Source: Candidatus Multivoradales bacterium (GTDB lineage Bacteria; Acidobacteriota; Thermoanaerobaculia; Multivoradales; J023). Taken from it: DNA of 64,000 nt. The notes beneath the pieces were generated by a model. That model saw only the letters and a list, made by a program, of their open reading frames with translations. It did not search any database and was not told the DNA's origin. The stretch covers positions 4,256,001-4,320,000 of the forward strand of contig CBDFLE010000006.1 of NCBI GenBank assembly GCA_965248925.1, in the 5' to 3' direction. Numbering within the stretch: position 1 is the stretch's first letter; each line of letters opens with the position of its first letter. Below are positions 30,401 to 39,862 of the stretch, piece by piece. Both the position numbers and the translations under genes were made by a program.

Positions 30401-33400
30401 GCCGGCAGCAATGCCTTCGTCACCTATCCGGCCAGTGACGGCAGCTTCGACAACGCCAGCCAGCTCGATCTCTACGCCTATGCCGGCGATGAGATCGAGG
30501 GACCGATCGCCGCCTGGCCGGTGGTCGGGCTGGACATCGATGATGGCTATGGCCAGGTGACCCGGACGACCATCGTCGCCGACCTCGACAGCGCCGCCTG
30601 TGATCCCAGCGGCGAGGTGGTCAAGTTCTTCACCTCGACGGTCTATCCCGGCACCGCCGACCCGGCGACCCCGCGTTATGGCTGGGTGGAGCAGATCTAC
30701 CTCAACGGGCTCGACATCGTGGTCGACAACTACTACGACATGCTCGACGGCCTGCTCGACTCGACCAGCCTCTTCGACAATCGGGGGCAGCTGGTGCAGC
30801 AGACCCGCAACACCTGGGAGGTTTTCATCGAGCGGGCCAGCGAGCCGCTAGACGGCGCCGCACCGGTGTTGCCTCTGCACGGCGGCTATGTGCTGCAAAC
30901 CGGCCAGATCCAGACCAAGAACGGGGTTCGGTCGGTGACCCGCAACGGCTATGTGAGCGAGGGCTTCGGCGCTCCCTATTCGGGGCAGATCGTCTCGTCG
31001 AGCTCAGACAATGTCGGCGGCGACGGGATCCCCGAGACCCTGACCACGATCACCGACTATGCCTACCAGGTGAACCAGGCGATGCGGGTGCTGCATGCCC
31101 TGCAGCCGCAAGCGCAGACCCGCACCCTGTGGCAGCCACAAGGAGGTGCGGCGGTGGTCAATCAGGCGACAGCTTCGGTCTACCGCTCGTGGCCGGCGGC
31201 GACCGGGGTCGAGGTTCCTGGTCTGGAGGCCAAGTTCGGCTATGCCAGCGGCGCCTTCGCCGACTTCCCCTTCGGCACCTATCAGCCGGGGGAAGAGCCG
31301 GCGGGCTGGCTGTGCAGCCAGCGGATCTTGGGGCGCTCACCGCTGGGCCTGCTGACCGAGACCGTGGATGCCAACGGGGTGCCCTCCTCGACCCTCTTCG
31401 ACAACCAGCAGCGCTTCCCGGTGGCCCGTTTCAGCAACACTCGGCTGAGCGCCAACCAGGCCACCTATCTGGGCTTCGAAGCCTATGAGACGACCGATCC
31501 GTGGACCCTCGACGGCACCGAGCCACGACTCGGCGATGCCCGGGTCGGCACTATCAGCCGGGTGCTGCCGGGTGCTGGCACCGCCAGCCTGGCGGTGACC
31601 CTGACACCACCTCTGGCCTCACCTGACGGTACGGCGCAGACCTACGTCCTCGGCTTCTGGGCCAAGACCGCGGCTGACTTCCAGCCCCAGCCGGGCTCTG
31701 GTTGGCGAGCGGTCGCCACTATCGACGGGGTGGATGGGGAGGCTCGGACCCTCGACTTTGTCGACACCGCCGGCGAATGGCGCTACGCCAGCTTGGGGAT
31801 CCCGCTGGCCGTCGCCAGCAGCTCGCTCAGCCTGGAGGTGACGGCCGGCAACGCCAGTGGCGCCGAGGTACTGCTCGACGGGATCTATCTCGGGCCCCTC
31901 GAGGGAGGGGTGCGGGCGCGCACCTACCATCCCGACCTGGAGCTGGTGACCTCGGTGAGCGACAGCGCCGGACGCGCCACCCAGCTGCTCTACGATAGCT
32001 TCCACCGGCTGATGGCGTCGATCGGCGCCGACGGCCAGGTGCAGGAGCTGGTCGGTCGCTTCCTGTCGCGGCGCGGCAATGCTGAGGATCTCTTCGACCC
32101 CGTCGATCCCAACGCCGAGCTGACCCTCAAGGCGGCCGATGGCGGCATTGCCGAGACCTTCCTCGATGGCGACGCCTGGCAGCGGCGCTGGAGCGCCTCC
32201 AATCTGTCGACCCATTGGCAGCGAGCCGACGGTGCCCTGGTACACACCACCTCGACCTCGGACACGCTGGCCTGGCTGGGCGAAGTCAGCGACGATCTGG
32301 CGGTGGCCTTCGAGCTCTTCCTCGACGACCCGCCGCAGGGCGAGATCGCATTGCAATTCGGTGATGGCTGCCGCATCGGCTGGGATGCCGATGGTGGACA
32401 GTGGCAGCTACTCGACGCGGCTGGCACTCAGCTGCAAGGGCCGCTGGGCTCGCCACCGGCGATGGCCAGCCACTGGACGTTGGCGATCAAGGCCCGCTCG
32501 CTGATGTTCTGGGGCGATGGCCAGCTGCTCTTCAGCCTGACGGATTGGGCCGCCGGGGCCGCCTCGCCGACTCTGATCAGCGGCCCCAACATGCTGGCGA
32601 TCCGCAACCTGGCGGTGTTGCGAACGCCACGGATCTCGGTGTCCTATCTCGACGCCGCCGGCAACCAGCGCCAGGGGCAAGCTTTCCTCGGCGGCGATGC
32701 CCAGGTGATCCAAAGCGTCACCGACCCGCTGGGCCGCCAGCTGGCGATCACCAAGGCGGCACCGGCCAGCTTCGGCAGCGGCGCCAGCCAACCCAATCTG
32801 CGCTATCGAGAGGGCTTTGTCGACGTGCCGGCTTTCCTCGCCTCCCTCGACACCACCTGGGAGATGCACGGGGATGTGGCCGACTACTGGCGCGGCGGCG
32901 GCGAGGCACCCTTCGTGCGCTCTGACGACCAGGGCTATCCCTACACCGGCACCCGCTACATCGACGCCCCTCTCGGCCGTGGGGTAGAGGCCGGGGCGGC
33001 CGGCAAGCCCACCTCGATCCACGATGTCTCGACCACCAGCGAGGCACAGCGGGCAACCACCCAATTCGCTTTCGGGGCCACCGACGACGGCGATTTCTAC
33101 AGCCAGACCACAACCACCTCGCTGAAATCGGTGGCGACGGTCGACGGCAGCATCGCCGGCGACACGGTCGGCGCCGGCATGGTCGACAGCAGCGGTCTGC
33201 CACTGGCTCAAACCCACGCCTGCCGCACCTACAGCGGCGACCCGGCGAGCTTCGTCGGTCAGACCTTCCGGCTACAGCTGCCGAACTCCTTCACCAGCGC
33301 CCCGCAGCAGGACCCGGCGGGCTACGTCGGCGAGGTGCTGCAAGATCCGCTACAGCGCACCACCGAGCGCAGCGATCCCGACAGCGGCACCACCCTCTAC

Positions 33401-35980
33401 CTCTACGACCGCGGCGGCGCCCTACGTTTCACCCGGCCACAGCTCGATCCGCAGCTGCCGCCCTACTTCCTCTATGCAAAGTACGACGCCCTCGGCCGCA
33501 CCCTGGAGCAAGGCACCGTCGAGCAAGCCTGGGACGCCATCCTGCTGGCCGACAAGGCGGCCAACGATCCCTCATGGCCAGGCGTCGACAGCCAACCCGC
33601 GGTGCCTTTCACCGTCGTGCGTCGCAACACCTATGACGGCGATGGCGATGAGCCGGAGGCGATCGGCATGCTGGAAGCGACCCTGAGTTGCAACCATCCG
33701 GCCCCTGGGGACTCGACCGAACCAATGACGATGGTGGAAGTCAGCGAGACCTACACCTACGACCGCGGCGGCCAGACCCGCTCGGTCTACTCGGCGACGA
33801 ATACCGGCGAGCCGACCACGGTGTCCTACAGCTACAACAATCTCGGCGAGGTGACCCGAGTCGTCTACCCGGCCGGCTCGCCCCTGGGGCAAGCGGTCTA
33901 CCACTATGACGACCAGGGCCGAGTGGTGGCGATCTCCGAGCACGACGACGGCAGCACACCTCTCCTGCGCTACACCTACAGCCCGGACGGTCAGGTGTGG
34001 CTGGAATCCCAAGGCGATCAGCTGCAGACCGCCTATGGCTACGCTTCGCCGGGTTGGCTGGCGTCGATCGAGACCACCAAGGTTGGCGCCAGCAGCCCCT
34101 GCTTCAGCCTCGGCTACAGCTACAACGCCGACGCCACCCCGCGGCAGCAGAGCGCAACGATGGCCTTCGGCGACGGCGAAGACGGCCAGCAGCTGACCGA
34201 CTACACCTTCGACGGGCTGCGCCGCCTACGCTCGGTGAGTACCCAGGACGGGGCCGACGACACCAGCTTTCCGCTCTACGACGCCAACTGCAATCTGTGG
34301 AAGATAAAGCAGAACGGTGGCACCGTCGAGCTGGTCTGCGAGCCCGGCAGCGATCGCTTGCAGAGCGTCCAGGTGGGCGGCCGGCCGGCGGTGGCGGCGG
34401 CCTACGACGCGGTCGGCCGGATGACCACGGTGCCGGCCGCGGCCGGCGATGGCGGCAGCAGCCAGGTGACCTACGATCCGGGCCTCGGACTGCCGAGCCG
34501 AATCGTTCCCGCCAGCGATGCTGAGGAGGTGCGGCTGATCTACGGTGGCCACGGTCAGCGGGTCAGCAAGACGGTCGATGGTGAGCTGCGCAGCAGCTAT
34601 CTGCACGGCTTGTCGAGCCGGCCACTGGTGCGCATCGACAGCGGCGTCGCCACCGCCTTCGTCTATGGACCGACCGGTCTCGGCGCCTTTGTCCGCGACC
34701 AGCTCTACTTCCCGATCAAGGACGCCACCGGCTCACCGCGGCTGGTGCTGACCGCCGGGGGCGATCTGGTGGCCCGCTACGACTACCATGCCTTCGGCGC
34801 GGAGCTGCTCGCCAGCGGCCCCGATCCGGGGGTGCTGTGGTACCGCTTCGGCGGCCAGGAGCTCGATCCCGAGACCGGCTTCTACAACTACACGGCGCGG
34901 CTCTACGACCCCTTCCTGCGCCGCTTCCACACTCCCGACCCGGCGCGGCAATTCTCCAGTCCTTATGTCTATGCCGGCGACGATCCGCTGAGCATGGTCG
35001 ACCCGAGCGGCCAGATCTCGGTCTGGGCGCAGGTCGGCATCGGCGCGGCGATGGTCGGGGTGATGGCGGTCGGCTTTCTCCTCACCCCGGCCACCGGTGG
35101 AGCTTCGGATGCCGCGGCGGTGAGTGCCGAGGCGGCTCTGGCGGGGGTCGAGGTAGCGGCGGAGGCCACCGTCGCGGTTGCCGAAGTCTCCGCCGCGGCG
35201 GGCGAGGCAGCGGCAGGTGCGGGCGAGGTGGCGGCCGGCGCGGCGGCCGGTGCGGGCGAGGCAGCCGCCAGCGGCGGTGCCGAGGCCGCGGCAGCGACCG
35301 GAGAAGCAGCGGCAGCGGCGGCCAGCGAATCGACCGCCGCCGTTGGCGAGGCGGCCGGTGAGGCCGGCGCGGCGGCGGCGGGCGAGTCGGGGGCGGCCAG
35401 CTCGGCGGCCAGCTCGCTGGCGCAGAACGCTACCTACGTCGGCAAGATGGTCGGCGGCTCTGCCCTCTGGAGCGCCGGCTCCTCGGGTCTGAAATACGAC
35501 ATCCAACACGGTCGCGACTTCACCGCCAAGGGTTTCGCCGCGGCGGTTGGCCTGGGCGCCATCACCGGCGCGGTCTCGGGAGGGGTCAAGGGAATGCTGA
35601 CCATGCCGGTCTCGATGGCCTCGGTGTCGGAGCGCTTTGGCCTCGGCAAGGCCGGGGTGGCGGTCTACAAAGTGCTGGCCTCGGGTGTCGCCGGTGCGGT
35701 GTCGAGCGATGTCTCGACGGTGCTGACCAACTACGCCCAAGGCAACAGCCTGAGCTCGGGGCTGCTCAGCTCGACGGTGTCGGGATTCACCAGCAGCGCC
35801 AGCAGCAACATGACGTCGCAAGCGTTCTCGGCGGTTGCCGGTACGGCCAAGGTGTCGAGCGTGGTCGACAAGTTGAAACAGCTAGCCACCTCGCAGGATG
35901 CCTACATGGTCTACATGACCACCGGCTCGCTGCTAGTCGGCGGCTATGCCATCTGGGGAGCGGCGGAATACAGCGACTGA
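27410..35980 (+). CDS. Giant Rhs/YD-repeat protein with SpvB/TcB-like N-terminus and hydrophobic C-terminal payload
   Basis: 2856 aa; VNLFRGD..GLGWAL and WYLTEIGDPWGD SpvB-like region, CBM-like insert, YD repeats, Rhs core GQELDPETGFYNYTARLYDP..PYVYAGDDPLSMVDPSG. Confidence 0.88.
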   Translation: MPSQDNSSSASNSASQQIPAIRSFQLDGSSNGNLRSSVNLFRGDVNYSQSLFSLPGRRSALDVSVSLMCQSNVHQQASQWNRDQPTGVVGLGWALPSDAIVMNDSGSPSAATRQYSYQGNGGQNQLIRELENPYCFGMDAALAAQLQSGQPVPAAVRECFLALGQILDPTTLVLAIDAGDGDSWQLSDRVNQLLFELRLLPEELAVYDGGESYQLQNYAFWRILYYPEFERWQITKESGVTFSYGGQSSAGNSIAWGVGWVKAGSTVGRWLGESRLTHQDGERLQQQYASAWYLTEIGDPWGDRVRYEYLTVEQLVGSDQGLPYTKAIYLQRIVDGFGRRATFIYGEKVFDSSSPEAPKEYSDPHRAIPNDQPNAYQDRYETRFLDRIEVEHPSGAPILTVQLDYAPRPGIAGPARALANVTTLEGQAYGESYKRYLTGIRLLNPGGDAQPGYLFSYYLDTGETDANLGALQRITYPQGGHATYYYQRQELPICRRELTIKRPEQVQEGATPRLWFGDDYAVSTWYDASAGRLTLQTFTWLGRWQSWQLSEDPTLFEASDGLDLGSLEVIARDDFFALRFDRTVGTSTFADVYLMQKNTGAPGQWQPAPDGVNGQPTGLNNPSFEIATGRTQMSLSGGSTFLLVATSNTIDGLYGLESYTFRWPTRRFEHQVLVTDSQQILYPSAGSEYIFWIAYDYASSSNRQANLEVLDSTLTWRRSTPLGLSGFNIPNLQDLVLVGGQTLVACSRLLQANTSQAVDYQLTVFQWDAANVLEQSFDQRFVDPVMNGSEPTSWTPAVVANGQICVAGNLLRFNGARWLVNSDLVIATPTAQSNQLYAYGPDYAVQVYQVSGGVSARVLPYDPDSDIDSWSTAPIAPVQQPVQRSFEPATANWPSAGGGDWLTIGSAIYYRGTSTDWLAPLGAAPTAQIAGTLDSAAMIDEAPSFLAYYLYDLSDPNDDHCAAITLANGDAHAPQQLLDQRMWTGAEGGDGGSGKGPAGSNAFVTYPASDGSFDNASQLDLYAYAGDEIEGPIAAWPVVGLDIDDGYGQVTRTTIVADLDSAACDPSGEVVKFFTSTVYPGTADPATPRYGWVEQIYLNGLDIVVDNYYDMLDGLLDSTSLFDNRGQLVQQTRNTWEVFIERASEPLDGAAPVLPLHGGYVLQTGQIQTKNGVRSVTRNGYVSEGFGAPYSGQIVSSSSDNVGGDGIPETLTTITDYAYQVNQAMRVLHALQPQAQTRTLWQPQGGAAVVNQATASVYRSWPAATGVEVPGLEAKFGYASGAFADFPFGTYQPGEEPAGWLCSQRILGRSPLGLLTETVDANGVPSSTLFDNQQRFPVARFSNTRLSANQATYLGFEAYETTDPWTLDGTEPRLGDARVGTISRVLPGAGTASLAVTLTPPLASPDGTAQTYVLGFWAKTAADFQPQPGSGWRAVATIDGVDGEARTLDFVDTAGEWRYASLGIPLAVASSSLSLEVTAGNASGAEVLLDGIYLGPLEGGVRARTYHPDLELVTSVSDSAGRATQLLYDSFHRLMASIGADGQVQELVGRFLSRRGNAEDLFDPVDPNAELTLKAADGGIAETFLDGDAWQRRWSASNLSTHWQRADGALVHTTSTSDTLAWLGEVSDDLAVAFELFLDDPPQGEIALQFGDGCRIGWDADGGQWQLLDAAGTQLQGPLGSPPAMASHWTLAIKARSLMFWGDGQLLFSLTDWAAGAASPTLISGPNMLAIRNLAVLRTPRISVSYLDAAGNQRQGQAFLGGDAQVIQSVTDPLGRQLAITKAAPASFGSGASQPNLRYREGFVDVPAFLASLDTTWEMHGDVADYWRGGGEAPFVRSDDQGYPYTGTRYIDAPLGRGVEAGAAGKPTSIHDVSTTSEAQRATTQFAFGATDDGDFYSQTTTTSLKSVATVDGSIAGDTVGAGMVDSSGLPLAQTHACRTYSGDPASFVGQTFRLQLPNSFTSAPQQDPAGYVGEVLQDPLQRTTERSDPDSGTTLYLYDRGGALRFTRPQLDPQLPPYFLYAKYDALGRTLEQGTVEQAWDAILLADKAANDPSWPGVDSQPAVPFTVVRRNTYDGDGDEPEAIGMLEATLSCNHPAPGDSTEPMTMVEVSETYTYDRGGQTRSVYSATNTGEPTTVSYSYNNLGEVTRVVYPAGSPLGQAVYHYDDQGRVVAISEHDDGSTPLLRYTYSPDGQVWLESQGDQLQTAYGYASPGWLASIETTKVGASSPCFSLGYSYNADATPRQQSATMAFGDGEDGQQLTDYTFDGLRRLRSVSTQDGADDTSFPLYDANCNLWKIKQNGGTVELVCEPGSDRLQSVQVGGRPAVAAAYDAVGRMTTVPAAAGDGGSSQVTYDPGLGLPSRIVPASDAEEVRLIYGGHGQRVSKTVDGELRSSYLHGLSSRPLVRIDSGVATAFVYGPTGLGAFVRDQLYFPIKDATGSPRLVLTAGGDLVARYDYHAFGAELLASGPDPGVLWYRFGGQELDPETGFYNYTARLYDPFLRRFHTPDPARQFSSPYVYAGDDPLSMVDPSGQISVWAQVGIGAAMVGVMAVGFLLTPATGGASDAAAVSAEAALAGVEVAAEATVAVAEVSAAAGEAAAGAGEVAAGAAAGAGEAAASGGAEAAAATGEAAAAAASESTAAVGEAAGEAGAAAAGESGAASSAASSLAQNATYVGKMVGGSALWSAGSSGLKYDIQHGRDFTAKGFAAAVGLGAITGAVSGGVKGMLTMPVSMASVSERFGLGKAGVAVYKVLASGVAGAVSSDVSTVLTNYAQGNSLSSGLLSSTVSGFTSSASSNMTSQAFSAVAGTAKVSSVVDKLKQLATSQDAYMVYMTTGSLLVGGYAIWGAAEYSD

Positions 35981-36038
35981 GAATGGCTCACTCAATCACT
36001 CAACCCAACTATTCAAACCAGCTACTGTGGAGACCCTG

Positions 36039-37433
36039 ATGCACACACCAGCCCCTAGCGTCCAGACCGCCAGCAGCACCGCCACGCCGTTCTCTGACAC
36101 CCTTTTCAAAGCCACCCACAACTCCTATTCTGGCGGCAGTCGAGGCTCGATTCCCGAGCAGCTCGACGCCGGGGTGCGCTTCATCGAACTCGACATCAAC
36201 GACGATGATTTCGCATCGATCGGCGACTACCGGATCGGTCACGGCAGACCCGGCTCCTCGGTTTACCACGGCGGTGGCAATCCAGCGAGCAACCTGTTCA
36301 GCGATTGGTTGCAGATGATCGTGCAGTGGTCGGTGGACCATCCAGGCCACGCGCCGATCACCCTCGGCCTCGACATGAAGAACAATCTCTCTTCGGTCGA
36401 TTCGCCGGCCGAGGGCAATCTCTCAGCACTGAACGAGCTGGTGGCCGAGAACCTCGGCAGCCTGCTCTTCACCTCGACCGCGCTGGGCGACGCCGAGTGG
36501 CCCACCACCACGACTCTGAACGACCGCATCATGGTGGTGTTGTCGGGCAACGAGTCCTCGCGCAAGGCCTATCTCAGCGACCAGGGAAAGACCCCAGCGG
36601 TGGCGATCAATGGCACCGGCTGGGTGGTGGAGGTACACAAGTCGCAGGTCAACTCGGGCCTGTGGTACTGGACTGGTCGCTATGGCGACGACGGCCTGAT
36701 CAGCTGGCTGGCCCACGGCAAGATGGCCACGGGCTCGACACCAGCGGTGGCCATCAACAACGCTGGTCAGGTGGTGCTGACTTACGAGGATCGCGGCCAT
36801 ATCTACAGCTGCGTCGGCCTGCTGGGCGACCAAGGGGCGATCTCCTGGGGTGATGCGACCCGGTTCGCCAATGGCAACGCACCATCCCTCGCCTTCACCG
36901 ATCTTGATTCGAATCAGATCGTCGAGATCCACCAAGGCGACAGCGGCAACCAGCAGGTGGTCGGCACCATCGGCACGGGCTTGTGGGTCGGCTGGGGGGA
37001 GCCGACGGCGACTTCCAAGCAGCGCTTCCCCACCACCTCGGCAAGCTCCGGCGGTGACGCGGTGAGCGTCACCACCGGCACCGACTCTGCAGGTACCGAT
37101 GACACTCTGCTGTACTCGACCCCAGCGGTTCAGCAGCAGCGCATCCGCTACCAGCAGCTCTGCTTCGTCGAGTTCCAGAAGGGCAACGCCCATCAGCTGG
37201 AGAACGACCGGCTGTGGTTCTACGCCGCCAGTGCCAGCTCAGGCAACTTGAGCTGGGCCGGCGAACAGCGCAGTGCCGGCAAGATCGTCCGCCTGTGGGG
37301 CTTTGGCGATGACGACACCAGCGTCAACCCACCGATCAACTTCCCGGCCACCGATACGCCGTATGAGACTTGGTATCTCAATTACTGTGAAGTGATCGGC
37401 ACCGACGAAGCTCTCCTAGAAGTGATCTCCTAG
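36039..37433 (+). CDS. PI-PLC-like phosphodiesterase with inserted beta-repeat domain
   Basis: ATHNSY..EQLDAGVRFIELDI..GHG..HAPITL..WPT..L..RIMVVL; TPAVAIN repeats; C-terminal RLW..NFPATD. Confidence 0.8.
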   Translation: MHTPAPSVQTASSTATPFSDTLFKATHNSYSGGSRGSIPEQLDAGVRFIELDINDDDFASIGDYRIGHGRPGSSVYHGGGNPASNLFSDWLQMIVQWSVDHPGHAPITLGLDMKNNLSSVDSPAEGNLSALNELVAENLGSLLFTSTALGDAEWPTTTTLNDRIMVVLSGNESSRKAYLSDQGKTPAVAINGTGWVVEVHKSQVNSGLWYWTGRYGDDGLISWLAHGKMATGSTPAVAINNAGQVVLTYEDRGHIYSCVGLLGDQGAISWGDATRFANGNAPSLAFTDLDSNQIVEIHQGDSGNQQVVGTIGTGLWVGWGEPTATSKQRFPTTSASSGGDAVSVTTGTDSAGTDDTLLYSTPAVQQQRIRYQQLCFVEFQKGNAHQLENDRLWFYAASASSGNLSWAGEQRSAGKIVRLWGFGDDDTSVNPPINFPATDTPYETWYLNYCEVIGTDEALLEVIS

Positions 37434-37679
37434 AAGTGCCAGACGAATCCTGAAAAAGCTCAACTACGGGCCTTTATATTCCCGAAACCCATGCTTGGTG
37501 AGGTCACCGAGAAGGTCCTGATGAGGCTTCCTTGCCGGTACGCGCCCAGGAGAACCCTTAAAGAGGCGAAGGGACAGCTATACGAGCAGCCCATGGCGAC
37601 CAGCAACCGCTCGTTGGATATCCTGCAGGTCCTGTCGGTAGTCCGCCCCGGTAGCGGCGGCGGCACTCGATTTGGACAC

Positions 37680-38621
37680 CTATCCAGGCACCAGAGACTC
37701 AATCGGCCGAACAAAGGGCATCGCGGGAGGAAAGCTACCCTCTGGATAGCCGACGGCGTGATGACCCGCCCGCCGACGTTCTGTCGCGAGGCGAAAAGCG
37801 GCAACGAACTCAGAATAAGCTCTCTCTAGGCGTCGCCGCTGGCGTCGGTCCCAGGGATGAAAACGAGGTGTCGGCGATCTTTTGGTTTGGTTCGGCCGAT
37901 AGTGAGGGTGAACTCTCCTGGCCCCACGCGGGCCACTTGATTCGGTTCCTCGTTTAGCATGCATGGCCAGGGTTTGCTCTTCGATCTCCTCGACCAGGGA
38001 GCGCACTCGGCTCTGCCGCTCTATAGCCGGAAGGTGTCGCCAGCATGGCAAGGGTTCTAGCAAGACCTCCAGTTCCGTGGCAAATGCTCCCAGGGCAGGA
38101 TCTTCTTTCCGCTGATAAGCGGCGAATTCCCGACTGCGATCGAACCAAGTACCACGCAGCGGCTCGCCGGTCAGCAGCGCGATGACTGAGTTAACGCCGG
38201 GCCAATCGCCAGGAGAGTAGACAACACCTTCTTTAGCACCATGACTCAGCAGGTATCGCAGCCGAGCGATCTGGGCTGCGGGCTCGTCGCTGACCGTGAT
38301 CGAGGAGTACCGCCGTCCCCAGATTTTCTCCCGCCAACCGGTGGCGCGACCGATCTCGTGAGCTATCTTGGAGCCGAAGTAGCCCTGGAAACGGGACAAC
38401 TGTAGGGCGCTGTCGACTTCAAACAAGAGATGGGAATGGTTGCTGAGCACGACCGCGCAGACAATTCTCACTCCGTATCGCCGCTTGGCGACGGCGAGGG
38501 TGCCGACGATCATCTCGTTGAAGGTGCGGCTCGGTCGCAGCAGCATGCGGCCTTGCACGATTCTGCAGGTGCTTTCGACTAGGGTTCCCGGTTCTGCGAT
38601 ATAGCGAAGTTTTCTTGGCAT
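37680..38621 (-). mobile_element. HUH/Y1 transposase, RAYT-like (copy 2, diverged paralog)
   Basis: MPRKLRYIAEPG.., SNHSHLL, WGRRY, RYLLSHG; clearly homologous to 16816..17736. Confidence 0.8.
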
Positions 38622-38782
38622 TGTTGATCTCCTTTCAATGAAAGGAAACGCGAAACGCTCGGCCAATCTTGCTGCCGAGTGAGAGAAAATTAGACGGGTT
38701 TCGCGAGCCGACTAGGCGGATCTCAAGAGCTTCGGATCAAGATTAACCATACAAAGTAGACCTTAACTTGCAATAGGACTGG

Positions 38783-39193
38783 TCAATCGTCGCCGCTGAC
38801 GATCGCTTCGGCCTCGATCTCCACTCTCCACTGGGGATCGAGCAGCCCGGCGACGACCACCATGGTCGCGGCCGGGTCGGTGCCGCGAAAGAACTCGCCG
38901 TGGGCTTGGCCGACTTGGCGCCAATCTTCAGCATCGAGCAGGAAGATACGGGTGCGCACCACGTTGCTGGCGTTGCCACCGAGGGCTTCAACAGCCTCGA
39001 TGATGATCTCGAAACAGCGCCGGGCTTGCTGATATGCGTCGCCAGCGACGGTTTCACCGTCGGTGCCGATCGGCGCGGTGCCCGATACCAGGATGCGATC
39101 GCCCTGGCGCAGGGCGCGGCAGAAACTGATCTCGGCTTCGTAGGGTGAGGCGGAGCGATAGTGTTGCCGACCCTGACGGTGGCGACGGTTCAT
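38783..39193 (-). CDS. RidA/YjgF family protein
   Basis: SASPYE..FCRA..ILVSGTA..VVRTRIF..PAATMV..VEIEA; ATGA-coupled. Confidence 0.9.
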   Translation of the reverse strand: MNRRHRQGRQHYRSASPYEAEISFCRALRQGDRILVSGTAPIGTDGETVAGDAYQQARRCFEIIIEAVEALGGNASNVVRTRIFLLDAEDWRQVGQAHGEFFRGTDPAATMVVVAGLLDPQWRVEIEAEAIVSGDD

Positions 39194-39852
39194 GTGGTGC
39201 GTTTGGTGCGGGCAGCCCGAATCCAGCCTCTGACCGAGTTGATCAGCATCACCCGGTTGGCGCTGAAGAGCATCTCGCGCGACAGCACGGCCTCGCGCAG
39301 CCGGCCGCGGTCGAGCAGCTCCTGGCGGTAGGTGCCGGGCAGCAGGCCACTGCTGGCGGCGGGGGTCAACCATTCGCCGTCGATTTCTAACGCCAGATTG
39401 GTACGGGTACCCTCGGTGAGTTCTTCGCGCTCGTTCCAAAGGGCCACTTCGTCGACCTCGGGCGAGCGGCCGCGGGCCTCGTCATAAGTCTGGCGCTGGG
39501 TGGTCTTGTGCTGCAAGAAAGGGTCTTCGGAGGACACAGCGCGGTCATCCAAAGTCACTGTCCAGGGCCGCTGGCTGTGGCTGGCGAGGGGCTCGGCCGT
39601 GATCTCATGGTTCCCTCCGCTGGCGACCACCAGACGTACTCGATGGGCCTTTGCCGGTAGCTCGCGCGAGACCTCAGCGAGGTCTGCCCGCAGGTCGCTG
39701 AGGACGGCCGCGAAGTCGAAATAGCGGGCCGAGTCCATCAATCGGCGGAGATGGCGCTCGAGTAGAAAATAGCCGGTGCGCGGTCGCCACAGCAGGGTCT
39801 CCAGGAGTTTGAAAGACGTGCCGGTCTCGGCGCTGGGCTTGGTTTCGATCAC
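39190..39852 (-). CDS. Aminotransferase class IV (PabC/ADC lyase-like)
   Basis: LLETL, HLRRL, HKTTQR, ELTEGTRTN, GLLPGT, NSVRG. Confidence 0.85.
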   Translation of the reverse strand: MIETKPSAETGTSFKLLETLLWRPRTGYFLLERHLRRLMDSARYFDFAAVLSDLRADLAEVSRELPAKAHRVRLVVASGGNHEITAEPLASHSQRPWTVTLDDRAVSSEDPFLQHKTTQRQTYDEARGRSPEVDEVALWNEREELTEGTRTNLALEIDGEWLTPAASSGLLPGTYRQELLDRGRLREAVLSREMLFSANRVMLINSVRGWIRAARTKRTT

Positions 39853-39862
39853 GCTGTTTGGG

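Noticed and set aside
35100-35420. GC-rich tandem-like repeats as a separate element
   Set aside because: In-frame Ala/Gly/Glu low-complexity coding sequence of the Rhs payload
27269-35821. Long minus-strand ORFs (325, 421, 362 aa and others) opposite the Rhs gene
   Set aside because: High-GC shadow frames without motifs
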